DNA from: a virus
DNA: 64,000 nucleotides
IMG/VR virus record: IMGVR_UViG_3300020438_004435
Strand: one strand, 5' to 3'
Shown in pieces: positions 50,823 through 59,392 of the stretch (positions are counted from its first letter, which is position 1; every line of letters begins with the position of its first letter). The position numbers and the translations under genes are program-made. Under the pieces are notes generated by a model. The model was not told where the DNA came from. It was given only the letters and a program-made list of their open reading frames with translations, and made no database searches.

Positions 50823-50850
50823 ATAATTTTTCTCACTTTTTAATATCTTA

Positions 50851-50871
50851 CTCCCGGAACTAGTCCGGGAG
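50851..50871. terminator. GC-rich stem-loop, possible terminator or processing site
   Basis: CTCCCGGA-ACTAG-TCCGGGAG; no clear U-tract on the minus strand. Confidence 0.45.
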
Positions 50872-50903
50872 CTTTGATATTGTTATTCAATCGGTATTAG
50901 CTA

Positions 50904-51485
50904 TTATGCAAATACTGATAGGTTTGCCGCTATACCTGTTCCAGATGATTCCATATGGGCATTACAACCCCATGATGTACCATTGTATGTAAATGTTATC
51001 GTTGAACCTATACCTGGTCCTCCGTTTGTTAAACCAACTACATTTAATCTGTAGTCTGCTGCTACTGATACGTCTACTGATTTAATTAGTCCAGTTGCTG
51101 ATCCTGTTGCACCAGTTGTTCTAATTACAGCTGATCCTACAGTGAAAGTTTCATCAGATGAATCACCTGCGTAAACTTGAGTTTCACCATTACCTACTGC
51201 TGCAATATAAAGCATTTTAATTGTGTCTCCAGCTTTAGAATCTGCTCTTTTAGGTAGTGTATACGTTGCTGCGTCTGTGTCAGTTACGTGATAAATAGTA
51301 TTTTTAGCTAATGTTGCTGCTGCAGATAATGTTGTTATACCTGTAAAGTGTGCTAGTGTTGCAACATATCCAACACCGTCTACTAAATCATTAAAGTGTC
51401 TTGCTTTTGCAGGAACTGAAGCTAGTCTGTTGTCTCCTGTACCTCTTGGACTCGCGTTTGCGAAATCGATTTTTGTTAATGCCAT
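50904..51485 (-). CDS. Putative virion structural protein (A/G/T-rich beta protein)
   Basis: 193 aa with AGGAG SD, followed by the stem-loop. Confidence 0.55.
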   Translation of the reverse strand: MALTKIDFANASPRGTGDNRLASVPAKARHFNDLVDGVGYVATLAHFTGITTLSAAATLAKNTIYHVTDTDAATYTLPKRADSKAGDTIKMLYIAAVGNGETQVYAGDSSDETFTVGSAVIRTTGATGSATGLIKSVDVSVAADYRLNVVGLTNGGPGIGSTITFTYNGTSWGCNAHMESSGTGIAANLSVFA

Positions 51486-51496
51486 TTTTTAATCTC

Positions 51497-51817
51497 CTAT
51501 AGATTTTTTTCTGCTTCCGCTAGAGCTGCTTCTAAATCCGCTATTGTTTGATCGTTCTTTTTAACGTTCTTTTTTGCGTCTTTAACTTGCTTACTTCTAC
51601 CATCTGCAGATTTAGTTAATTCGGTTAGTTCGTTATTAAGTTTTTGTTTTTTAACATTAACCTCCTGAATTTGAGATTCTAACCGTTTAACCTCATCATC
51701 ATTCTTTTTAATTTTTGGATTTATTTTTCGTCCTTTAGCTTTTGCTGCAAGCAATATAGCTAAAATAGATCCTATTAGTCCTATTATAAATAGTATTGAT
51801 TTTTTTATCTTACCCAT
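51497..51817 (-). CDS. N-terminal TM plus coiled-coil protein (spanin/holin-like)
   Basis: SILFIIGLIGSILAILLAA followed by heptads. Confidence 0.5.
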   Translation of the reverse strand: MGKIKKSILFIIGLIGSILAILLAAKAKGRKINPKIKKNDDEVKRLESQIQEVNVKKQKLNNELTELTKSADGRSKQVKDAKKNVKKNDQTIADLEAALAEAEKNL

Positions 51818-51819
51818 TT

Positions 51820-52170
51820 TTAACTCTGTTCCTTTTCAGTAAAATTATATTTATCATCTATATACTTCTTAAAGTATGAATACATTTTATTCATTAGGTC
51901 TGTATTATCCTTAAGATTGTTTAATGCATTAACTACAGTTTGTTTATCAATTTGATTTTGTTCTGGTGTTTTTGCTGGATCATTTGGTTTTCTTATAAAA
52001 TCTACATAATTAGGCATCGCTCCTAATGTGGTAGTTAATTGTAAAACATAATCATTCATTGACTGTATCATCTTATCTAACCTTTCATCACCTTCAGAAG
52101 CCTTTGCTTGTTCCTGCTCGATCATAAATTGTTTTATGCGCCAATCTCTATCACTAAATTGTTTTGCCAT
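51820..52170 (-). CDS. Hypothetical protein
   Basis: 116 aa with AGGAG SD. Confidence 0.65.
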   Translation of the reverse strand: MAKQFSDRDWRIKQFMIEQEQAKASEGDERLDKMIQSMNDYVLQLTTTLGAMPNYVDFIRKPNDPAKTPEQNQIDKQTVVNALNNLKDNTDLMNKMYSYFKKYIDDKYNFTEKEQS

Positions 52171-52179
52171 TATATTCTC

Positions 52180-52392
52180 CTAGTTCCAAAAAATTAATTT
52201 ACCTAGAATACCTACAAGGACTACCCAGATTGACCATAAAGTCTTTTGAGCACCTTTTCTAAATGAGGTGTTCTTGTTAACCCTTGATATAGTTCCATTA
52301 TCTGGATCTAGTAATCTAACTTTTATTTCCCTAACATCAGATTTGATTGATATTAATTCGTCGTGTAGTTGTTGGTTTGTTAATCTTGCCAT
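52180..52392 (-). CDS. Small protein with C-terminal TM helix (holin-like)
   Basis: Short coiled coil then LWSIWVVLVGILGKLIFW. Confidence 0.5.
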   Translation of the reverse strand: MARLTNQQLHDELISIKSDVREIKVRLLDPDNGTISRVNKNTSFRKGAQKTLWSIWVVLVGILGKLIFWN

Positions 52393-52394
52393 TA

Positions 52395-52595
52395 TTATTC
52401 GCCTAAGTTAACGCCTTTGTTTGAAACATGTTCTCCAACATTACCTGCTGCATATATTCCAAATACCCATTTAACAAATTCTGCCCATTGAGTAAAGTCC
52501 GCTTGTTTAGTTGCTACAAATACTATTGATGCTAAAAATAGAATCATTGCGAACATTAATTTTTTACTTTGCAATTGTGTCTTAAGATTGCTCAT
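52395..52595 (-). CDS. Small two-TM protein (holin-like)
   Basis: 66 aa with two hydrophobic segments. Confidence 0.5.
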   Translation of the reverse strand: MSNLKTQLQSKKLMFAMILFLASIVFVATKQADFTQWAEFVKWVFGIYAAGNVGEHVSNKGVNLGE

Positions 52596-53211
52596 CTTCT
52601 TTCTCCGATTTTAATTCATTATACTTACTACCAAGTCTTGCCTGTTCCCTTAAATCATCCTTGAATGATTCAAATTGCGTTTGTATTTTTTCATTTATTG
52701 AATCCACAGATTCAGGTAATTTCCATTTTTCAACCTTACCATCACTATTTACATAATCCATTTGTGTAAAGGTATTTTTAATTATATCAACTTCCTGTTC
52801 TGCTTCCTTAATAAATGATTCTACATTTTCTTGTATTTTTTGTCTTTCATAATTACCGTATATATCTTCACCCTTTACATATCCTTCACACATCATTAAT
52901 GTTTCTTCCTTAACTACACAATCATGACATTTATTTTCCCTTGTAACAAATTTATGATCAAATCTGGTTAATTTCTTTTTACAATTAGGACAATCATTAG
53001 TATTAATTAATTTTCTAATTTTATCAAATCTACTTACCTTAGATTTATACCCATCCTTCTGTATCCATTTTTGACCATTTGCATCTACCCATTCATCACC
53101 TACAATTCTTTCTGATTGATCCTTTTCAAATCCAACGGTTGCCTTAGTCTGTGATCTATGAGATCCTCTTAACATCTCATTGACCGCTTTAATATTTTTT
53201 AATTTACTCAT
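52582..53211 (-). CDS. Hypothetical protein with CxxC...CxxC zinc motif
   Basis: CPNC...CHDC. Confidence 0.65.
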   Translation of the reverse strand: MSKLKNIKAVNEMLRGSHRSQTKATVGFEKDQSERIVGDEWVDANGQKWIQKDGYKSKVSRFDKIRKLINTNDCPNCKKKLTRFDHKFVTRENKCHDCVVKEETLMMCEGYVKGEDIYGNYERQKIQENVESFIKEAEQEVDIIKNTFTQMDYVNSDGKVEKWKLPESVDSINEKIQTQFESFKDDLREQARLGSKYNELKSEKEDEQS

Positions 53212-53223
53212 AACTATTTTTCC

Positions 53224-54144
53224 CTATCTCATTAATATATCATCGTACATTGATAAATCACGATCATAAACTTTATTATTTACCTTCTTAATTGGAAAGG
53301 ATCTTAAATCCAATGTATTCCCATTATCCAATTGAACATTATATCCATTCACAGCAACTACCTTTGCTTTTTCATCTCTAGCTACTTTACCAAATTTGAA
53401 AAATCTATCATAAGTAATTATATCACCACGATTTGGTTTTAACTGCTTTTGCATAAACGCCATTTGACTTTTAGATAATTTATCATTTAATAATTTTTTC
53501 TTTTCATCAACTGTTTCGTTTTTGCCTTTTTCATACTTATCTTTAATCTTACCTATTTCTTCATGGTTCTCACCCTTACCAGCTGCAGATTGTATTTTTT
53601 TCATTCCTTCCTTACCATACTTCTTAACGCCGGCTTTATATAATATACCACTTTCTTTTAATTTGCCTTCTTTAATCTGAACCCTGCCTTGGTGTGCCAA
53701 TCTCTTATCAAGTTCCGTACTAGATATCATGTCTCCCTTAACACCATCACCAAAGATAGCCATCCACTCATCCTGAAATGCCTTGGACCATGTTTCGCCC
53801 TTGGCTCCTGATTTGTGTCCTGTGAAGTGCACCATCGCACCCATTTTAGATTTCTTTGCAAAGTTTCTTGGTGGTTTTTGTATTGGATATTTTTTGAGGT
53901 TTTTCCATATAACACCTTCGGTTATAGATTTACCTTTAAGGTAATTGATTATTTCCTCTCTGACTATTCCGCGAATTTGTTCTTCTTGTTTTGACATAAG
54001 TTTCTTTATCCTAAATTTTAATGCCGGTCTTCCATTTATAGTAGGTTGACCTTTATCATCAGTACCTATATTTTTTACTTCCACTGGCTTATTCTTAAAC
54101 CTGCCTGTAAGTATAGTGTCTCCTATTTCTAAATCAATCTTCAT
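53224..54144 (-). CDS. Modular putative internal head protein
   Basis: KOW/SH3-like IGDTILTGRFKNK domain; later modules follow ITE, LKE and VDE sites. Confidence 0.6.
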   Translation of the reverse strand: MKIDLEIGDTILTGRFKNKPVEVKNIGTDDKGQPTINGRPALKFRIKKLMSKQEEQIRGIVREEIINYLKGKSITEGVIWKNLKKYPIQKPPRNFAKKSKMGAMVHFTGHKSGAKGETWSKAFQDEWMAIFGDGVKGDMISSTELDKRLAHQGRVQIKEGKLKESGILYKAGVKKYGKEGMKKIQSAAGKGENHEEIGKIKDKYEKGKNETVDEKKKLLNDKLSKSQMAFMQKQLKPNRGDIITYDRFFKFGKVARDEKAKVVAVNGYNVQLDNGNTLDLRSFPIKKVNNKVYDRDLSMYDDILMR

Positions 54145-54160
54145 ATAAATAATTAGAGCA

Positions 54161-56560
54161 TTACATATAAAATAAGCCAGTAATCTGGTTTACAGGTGCA
54201 AATGCTCCAGTAAATTTATAAGTTTTGCCCTTATATATAAATACTATACCTTCTGATGGAACCACTCTTGAAAACCCTCCAATTGCTTGTATCTTTTCCA
54301 GTTGTTGAGCTACTCTAGCTAATTTTTTAGGATCTCCTCCAGCTTTTACTCCTGCTATTGCTCTATCTACCTGCTTTCTCATATCCTGTACCGCTTTATC
54401 AGGATTTGCTGCTAGGAATCCTGATGCGTTTGTTAATATTTCAGCCCCTACCTCAAAAAATAAGGTTTCCATAGCAAACATATTTTTCTTTACCTGTGCA
54501 GCATGATTTTCTTTATCAATTGTCTTTGCCCAAGATAATGTTTTTTCGTCTTCTATATTTTTTTTATTTAATCTATATGATTTATCAAAAAATGCCCAAC
54601 GTTTAGTTAGTCCTACTAATATATCATTTGATACTGTTAAAGGGGCTTTGGTGGTAATAAAATTTTCCCACCACTTTTGATGATATAAAGATAAAGTATC
54701 ATTATCCGATAATTTGAATTCGGATTTAATTTTATTTAATTTACCAAAAAATTTACCTTTCATTTTACCATAATCCTGATGAGCTTTGACTTTAAGAATA
54801 TTTGGACCAATGATACTAAAACTTTTTTGAACATTAGCATTTACCTGTCTTATCATACCAGCTAACATTCTTGCACCATCTGATAAGGCTCCTACTGCGC
54901 TACCATTTTTATATTGTAATACATTATGGAATTGTAAATAGGGTGCATCATAATTTATAACATTTGCAGATGCTGGATATATAATTTCCATATTAACCCA
55001 ATTATTACCTTTATCAAATATTTTATCTCTTTGTTTATCATTTATAGATTTGAATGCCTTACCTAAATCCCTCATAGCATAATTAAATGCTTTTTCTATA
55101 TTTCCTCTTCCAGCAAATTTAGAAGCTATATCTCTAGCACTTACTCCGCCTCTTTTTATATCGCCTGCATTTCTTGCTGCCTTCAAAGATCCATTCCATG
55201 TAACAAATAAATTTTGACCATCGGTCTTCTCGGTAGCAATTGTCTCCCTGCTTAGATTACCCTGTAGGCCCATATCTATGATATTTTTCAAATCACCAAA
55301 TGTTAATCCCTTATCATCAAATGGATGTTGCATATGTCCATAAGCACCACCTTCCGTTAAAATTTGTTTAGCTGCCCATGATCCTAGGTTCTCGGATAAT
55401 TTTTTATATTTATTAGCTTTTACATTTTGTTTAATAATTTTTGTAATTTTAGGATCTGGTTTATTTGGTTCCTTAATTTTATCACCGGCTACATTTTTCT
55501 TACCTACCGCTGTTTCGGAATCAACCCAATTTATTAATTGCATGCCAACTGCTGTTGATATTTTTTTAATGTGTTTTTTCCACTTTCTATAAGCTGCAGT
55601 TGTAGGAATATCATATTGATTATTAGGTGACATTACTCCTTGATCTCCAGCTGGAAAGTATGATACTGCAGTAATTGGTCCATCTGGATATTTTACATCG
55701 TTAGCATGATCCTCGGGTGTAGGTATATCACTATCACCTAATATAGTATCACCATCACCTTTGGATAATAAAAATTTAACAACATAAAATCCCATTTTTT
55801 CAGCAACCTTTGTTTGAGATTTTTTATATCCTCTAATAGAAGAAAATCCATGACTTGGTCCATCATCTACCTCATTACCTTTTGAAGCTCCTGTTGTTGA
55901 TGCCTCTTTGATAATTTTTGGAAAATCATTTTCAACTATGAATTGTTCTATAATAGATTCATTTAATTTTTCTAATTTTTTAACAATCCAATCATAATTT
56001 TTTGTATGTCCAAATATACCTTTATATATTTTTTCTTTTTTCTTTTGGTCAAGATTCTTATCTCCTAACACCGCTCGTAGTGTAGTCCCTGACATTTCCC
56101 CGTAACCTGGTACGTTCATTGAAACATGAGGAGCTATGATAGTATATGCGCCATCTTTATACCCTACTTCAGCTTTACCTTTCCATGGACGAAAGAATTT
56201 ACCACCTAATCTAGATGCATCTTTTTCTCCAACCATAAATACTACGGCTGTAGTTTCTGGATCGTATTTACTTAATATTTCTTGTGCTTTATATGGGTTA
56301 CGGACTTGCTTTAATTTACTGCCCAATCCATATGCAGATATAATTTTTTTCTTTTCCGAAAATGAAAATGGAGATTTAGGAGCAGAAACTTTGTTTGATG
56401 TTCCTATATATGCATCCTTGAATTTGCCTTGAAGCCATTTGAATGCTTGTGCATGGTGAGCTCCCATTGGTTGGAATCTACCTGGATATATAGCTACTAC
56501 TTTTTTTATAGTAACATCCTCTTTAATAATTTGATTAACTATCCAATTTGCTAATTTCAC
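54161..56560 (-). CDS. Fusion of a HIGH-class nucleotidyltransferase-like domain and an RNA-ligase-like nucleotidyltransferase domain
   Basis: N-terminal IYPGRFQPMGAHH...VGEKDASR; C-terminal EKTDGQN (motif I), MEII (III), SEGIVF (IV), YKFTG (V). Confidence 0.75.
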   Translation of the reverse strand: MKLANWIVNQIIKEDVTIKKVVAIYPGRFQPMGAHHAQAFKWLQGKFKDAYIGTSNKVSAPKSPFSFSEKKKIISAYGLGSKLKQVRNPYKAQEILSKYDPETTAVVFMVGEKDASRLGGKFFRPWKGKAEVGYKDGAYTIIAPHVSMNVPGYGEMSGTTLRAVLGDKNLDQKKKEKIYKGIFGHTKNYDWIVKKLEKLNESIIEQFIVENDFPKIIKEASTTGASKGNEVDDGPSHGFSSIRGYKKSQTKVAEKMGFYVVKFLLSKGDGDTILGDSDIPTPEDHANDVKYPDGPITAVSYFPAGDQGVMSPNNQYDIPTTAAYRKWKKHIKKISTAVGMQLINWVDSETAVGKKNVAGDKIKEPNKPDPKITKIIKQNVKANKYKKLSENLGSWAAKQILTEGGAYGHMQHPFDDKGLTFGDLKNIIDMGLQGNLSRETIATEKTDGQNLFVTWNGSLKAARNAGDIKRGGVSARDIASKFAGRGNIEKAFNYAMRDLGKAFKSINDKQRDKIFDKGNNWVNMEIIYPASANVINYDAPYLQFHNVLQYKNGSAVGALSDGARMLAGMIRQVNANVQKSFSIIGPNILKVKAHQDYGKMKGKFFGKLNKIKSEFKLSDNDTLSLYHQKWWENFITTKAPLTVSNDILVGLTKRWAFFDKSYRLNKKNIEDEKTLSWAKTIDKENHAAQVKKNMFAMETLFFEVGAEILTNASGFLAANPDKAVQDMRKQVDRAIAGVKAGGDPKKLARVAQQLEKIQAIGGFSRVVPSEGIVFIYKGKTYKFTGAFAPVNQITGLFYM

Positions 56561-57261
56561 TTTGACTTCCTCAATTCTAATTCCTTTTTAATCCAAGATT
56601 TTGCAATATGATTCTGTATTGGTTTGTTTACAAATTTATTTGCTGCCTTAATAACGGAATCAGGAAAGTCCTTTTTTTCCGAATTATCTACTACTAACAT
56701 ATTACTAGCACCAAAAGCACCTTGAAATTTTCCTAAATTATTTTGACAAGCTTGCCAATACTCTTTTACTATTTTTTCAGGTAATGTTCTATCTCGCTCT
56801 TCATTTCGTTTTAATGCAACATCTAATGATGTGTTTACGAATACCATAAATGTATCATAACCTAATTTTTCTAATCTTTTTTTTCTATCTACAATTTTAT
56901 TATAATTATGGCCTGTTCCATCTATAAGTAATCCAAGCTTACCTTTTATATAATGTTCCAATTGTGATGCTACTGCTTTCTTTGCCTTTTTCCTAAGGAC
57001 TTGTGATTGAGCAAATTGGTCTGCATCCATTTTAGATAGATCTGTTCCTAAGCCTGCTCTTTTAAGTGAAGCTTCAAAGGCTGAATCTGTATTAACGCCC
57101 TTTAATCCTTTTGCAGATACAAATGGCATTCTCTCTGGTATACCAAATAATTCGGATGCGGCATATGATTTACCACTACCAGGTCCGCCACCTGTGAATA
57201 CAGCTTTGAATATACCTGGATCGTATACTCCTTCATTTAACAGGTCAACTAATTTAATCAT
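56557..57261 (-). CDS. P-loop kinase (Pnk/zeta-toxin/AAA_33-like)
   Basis: GGGPGSGKS Walker A, LLIDGTG, FVNTSLDVALKRNEERDR lid motif. Confidence 0.8.
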   Translation of the reverse strand: MIKLVDLLNEGVYDPGIFKAVFTGGGPGSGKSYAASELFGIPERMPFVSAKGLKGVNTDSAFEASLKRAGLGTDLSKMDADQFAQSQVLRKKAKKAVASQLEHYIKGKLGLLIDGTGHNYNKIVDRKKRLEKLGYDTFMVFVNTSLDVALKRNEERDRTLPEKIVKEYWQACQNNLGKFQGAFGASNMLVVDNSEKKDFPDSVIKAANKFVNKPIQNHIAKSWIKKELELRKSK

Positions 57262-57523
57262 ATTTTATCACCTTTAATATAAGGTCTCCAGAACCCTTTA
57301 TAACTCTATGCCATTCTCCCTTTTTAATGAAAATTTCATTATTTAAGGATTCAGGGATTTCATTATCAAATTGAAACTTCCAATCAGTATCATGCGTAGA
57401 TTTAATCAATCTATCTTCCCTATCCCTATGCCAAACTAATTCCATTTCATCTACATTAGATGAAAATTTTCTTATATTTGCATTGCCTTCTATATGTTCC
57501 TTATATGGATAACTCATTACCAA
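57254..57523 (-). CDS. Small cupin-fold protein
   Basis: WHRDRE...IFIKKGEWHRVIKG. Confidence 0.6.
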   Translation of the reverse strand: MVMSYPYKEHIEGNANIRKFSSNVDEMELVWHRDREDRLIKSTHDTDWKFQFDNEIPESLNNEIFIKKGEWHRVIKGSGDLILKVIKYD

Positions 57524-58551
57524 TATCTTGATGCGCCTTTACCTAATCCTAATTGTTTGGCATATCGTGGAAGATTACAAGACCAATATCCTGGAGATGT
57601 TCTATCTTTCTTTTTATCACATTGATGTCTTGATGCAAAGTTTTGTGATGCTTCCTTATTTCCAATTCTAGCTTTTAATCCGCCTGAACCAAATGCTACC
57701 TTCTTTACCTTATCACCATCCTTTACATAAACATAATAAGCCTTTGATCCACCTCTTTTAGGTTTATTTAATGCTACCTCTTTTCCTCTATGCAGGATTT
57801 CATTTTTCATAGGTAAATCTAATGGTACCTTACTACCCTCATATATTCCATATTCACCAAGACTTGTTTCCATTAAACTTTTATCCATACCATTTAATTT
57901 AATTCTATTTTCGATATGCATTTTTCTAGCTTCATTTATTAAATCTAAATGAGACGCAGTTCCATATCTAAAAACACACTCATGAATAGGTATATTATTT
58001 TCGATATGATAGTTAAGGCCTTTTGAAGGAAGAATTAAATATTCTTCATTAATTTCTTTCTGTGACATAATTTGTGCTCTTTTTTTTGCATATTTAGCTT
58101 TACGTTTTTGTAACATTTTTACCCAACCGGTATTTCCTGATTTCTCTGCAGTAGCTCTATGTTTAGTAGCTGCTTGTGTTTTTTTAGATAAAGCCTTTAA
58201 CTGATCCTTTTCAGTATCGGTTTTATTTACACCTGGAACATCTACTTCGTGTTTTGATTTGTCATCCATTTTATTCTCCGCTTTTCTTACCATACTCCAT
58301 TTAGGAATTTTTTTACCTTTATATTCACCATCCATTTTGAAATTCATAGTTCGATAATTTTTACCTTCCTTGTCCTTCAAACTTAATTGATACTTATTAA
58401 TTCCTTTTCTGGAATTTTTAACCACCTTGAGAACCTTACCTTTATCTAATTTCTTACCTCCAAGTTTGGTGCCCTTTGGGGCTCTAATAGAATCTCCTTT
58501 AAGAACCTGTCCATCATAGTTTTTAAGATCTATTTTAATTTCGTTCTTCAT
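57517..58551 (-). CDS. Modular hypothetical protein
   Basis: N-domain shared with 621..1073; C-domain LNKPKRGG...FASRHQC...GYWSC. Confidence 0.65.
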   Translation of the reverse strand: MKNEIKIDLKNYDGQVLKGDSIRAPKGTKLGGKKLDKGKVLKVVKNSRKGINKYQLSLKDKEGKNYRTMNFKMDGEYKGKKIPKWSMVRKAENKMDDKSKHEVDVPGVNKTDTEKDQLKALSKKTQAATKHRATAEKSGNTGWVKMLQKRKAKYAKKRAQIMSQKEINEEYLILPSKGLNYHIENNIPIHECVFRYGTASHLDLINEARKMHIENRIKLNGMDKSLMETSLGEYGIYEGSKVPLDLPMKNEILHRGKEVALNKPKRGGSKAYYVYVKDGDKVKKVAFGSGGLKARIGNKEASQNFASRHQCDKKKDRTSPGYWSCNLPRYAKQLGLGKGASRYW

Positions 58552-58566
58552 ATAAATAAATAGGGC

Positions 58567-59391
58567 TTAAACTCCAATAAACTTGGAAATATTAGCCGTT
58601 GCTACTCCTTTGATTTTAGAAATATTAGCTGATGCTACTCCTATTGATTGATGTCCATATCCAGATGCTGCTGGTGTATATGTAATTATTATACGCGGAT
58701 CTCTCGATGTCCCTGTATAATTATCCAAATATACACCTGTTCCGGTTGTGGCATTTTCCTCACTAGATCCTATAAATCCTGAATCCGCTTCAGCGTATTT
58801 ATAATCAACATTAGAATCCATTACCCCAAAAGTAAAATTACCTGTTCCATCTACCGCAGCTTGAACGGCAGCTATTCCGTCCGAAGTTAAATCAAATGAA
58901 TCTAATTGATCCGTGTTAGACATGTTGATAGCGCTTGTTATTAGAGTATTACCAAATGTATATGCATCGAATCCTGTAGGTGGAAGAGAATCAGCTACTG
59001 ATGGAGCAGAACTATAATGATTACTTAATGATACTCCTCTACCGGTTGAACCATTGTTTCCAAATCCGAATAAGCCAATGGATACTCCTGTTACTGTTGC
59101 TCCTGTTAAATCCGCTGCATGGCCTCCATTGTGTAATCCATCAAAGGATACTACTAATCTTCTGATATACCAAACAGTACCGCCTCTACCTGATTCAGCC
59201 CAAGCTCCCCATCCCTGGCCAGAAGCACCAGAGGTACTAAGATAACTTGAAATTACTTCTGCGGTTATGACTTCACCACCACCTGCATAAATATCATCCA
59301 TTGCTTGATGAGATTGATTTTCTTCATTCATTCCTGAAATTGACATTCCTACGACAAAATCCGTTTTTGGAAAACATGTTACCGTTGCCAT
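58567..59391 (-). CDS. Putative virion structural / fibre-associated protein
   Basis: 274 aa, G/S/T-rich, directly after the fibre gene. Confidence 0.55.
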   Translation of the reverse strand: MATVTCFPKTDFVVGMSISGMNEENQSHQAMDDIYAGGGEVITAEVISSYLSTSGASGQGWGAWAESGRGGTVWYIRRLVVSFDGLHNGGHAADLTGATVTGVSIGLFGFGNNGSTGRGVSLSNHYSSAPSVADSLPPTGFDAYTFGNTLITSAINMSNTDQLDSFDLTSDGIAAVQAAVDGTGNFTFGVMDSNVDYKYAEADSGFIGSSEENATTGTGVYLDNYTGTSRDPRIIITYTPAASGYGHQSIGVASANISKIKGVATANISKFIGV

Positions 59392-59392
59392 A

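Noticed and set aside
56557-57261. Zeta toxin of a toxin-antitoxin pair
   Set aside because: No epsilon-like partner; the context and leader fit a Pnk-like packaged kinase better, though the fold is shared
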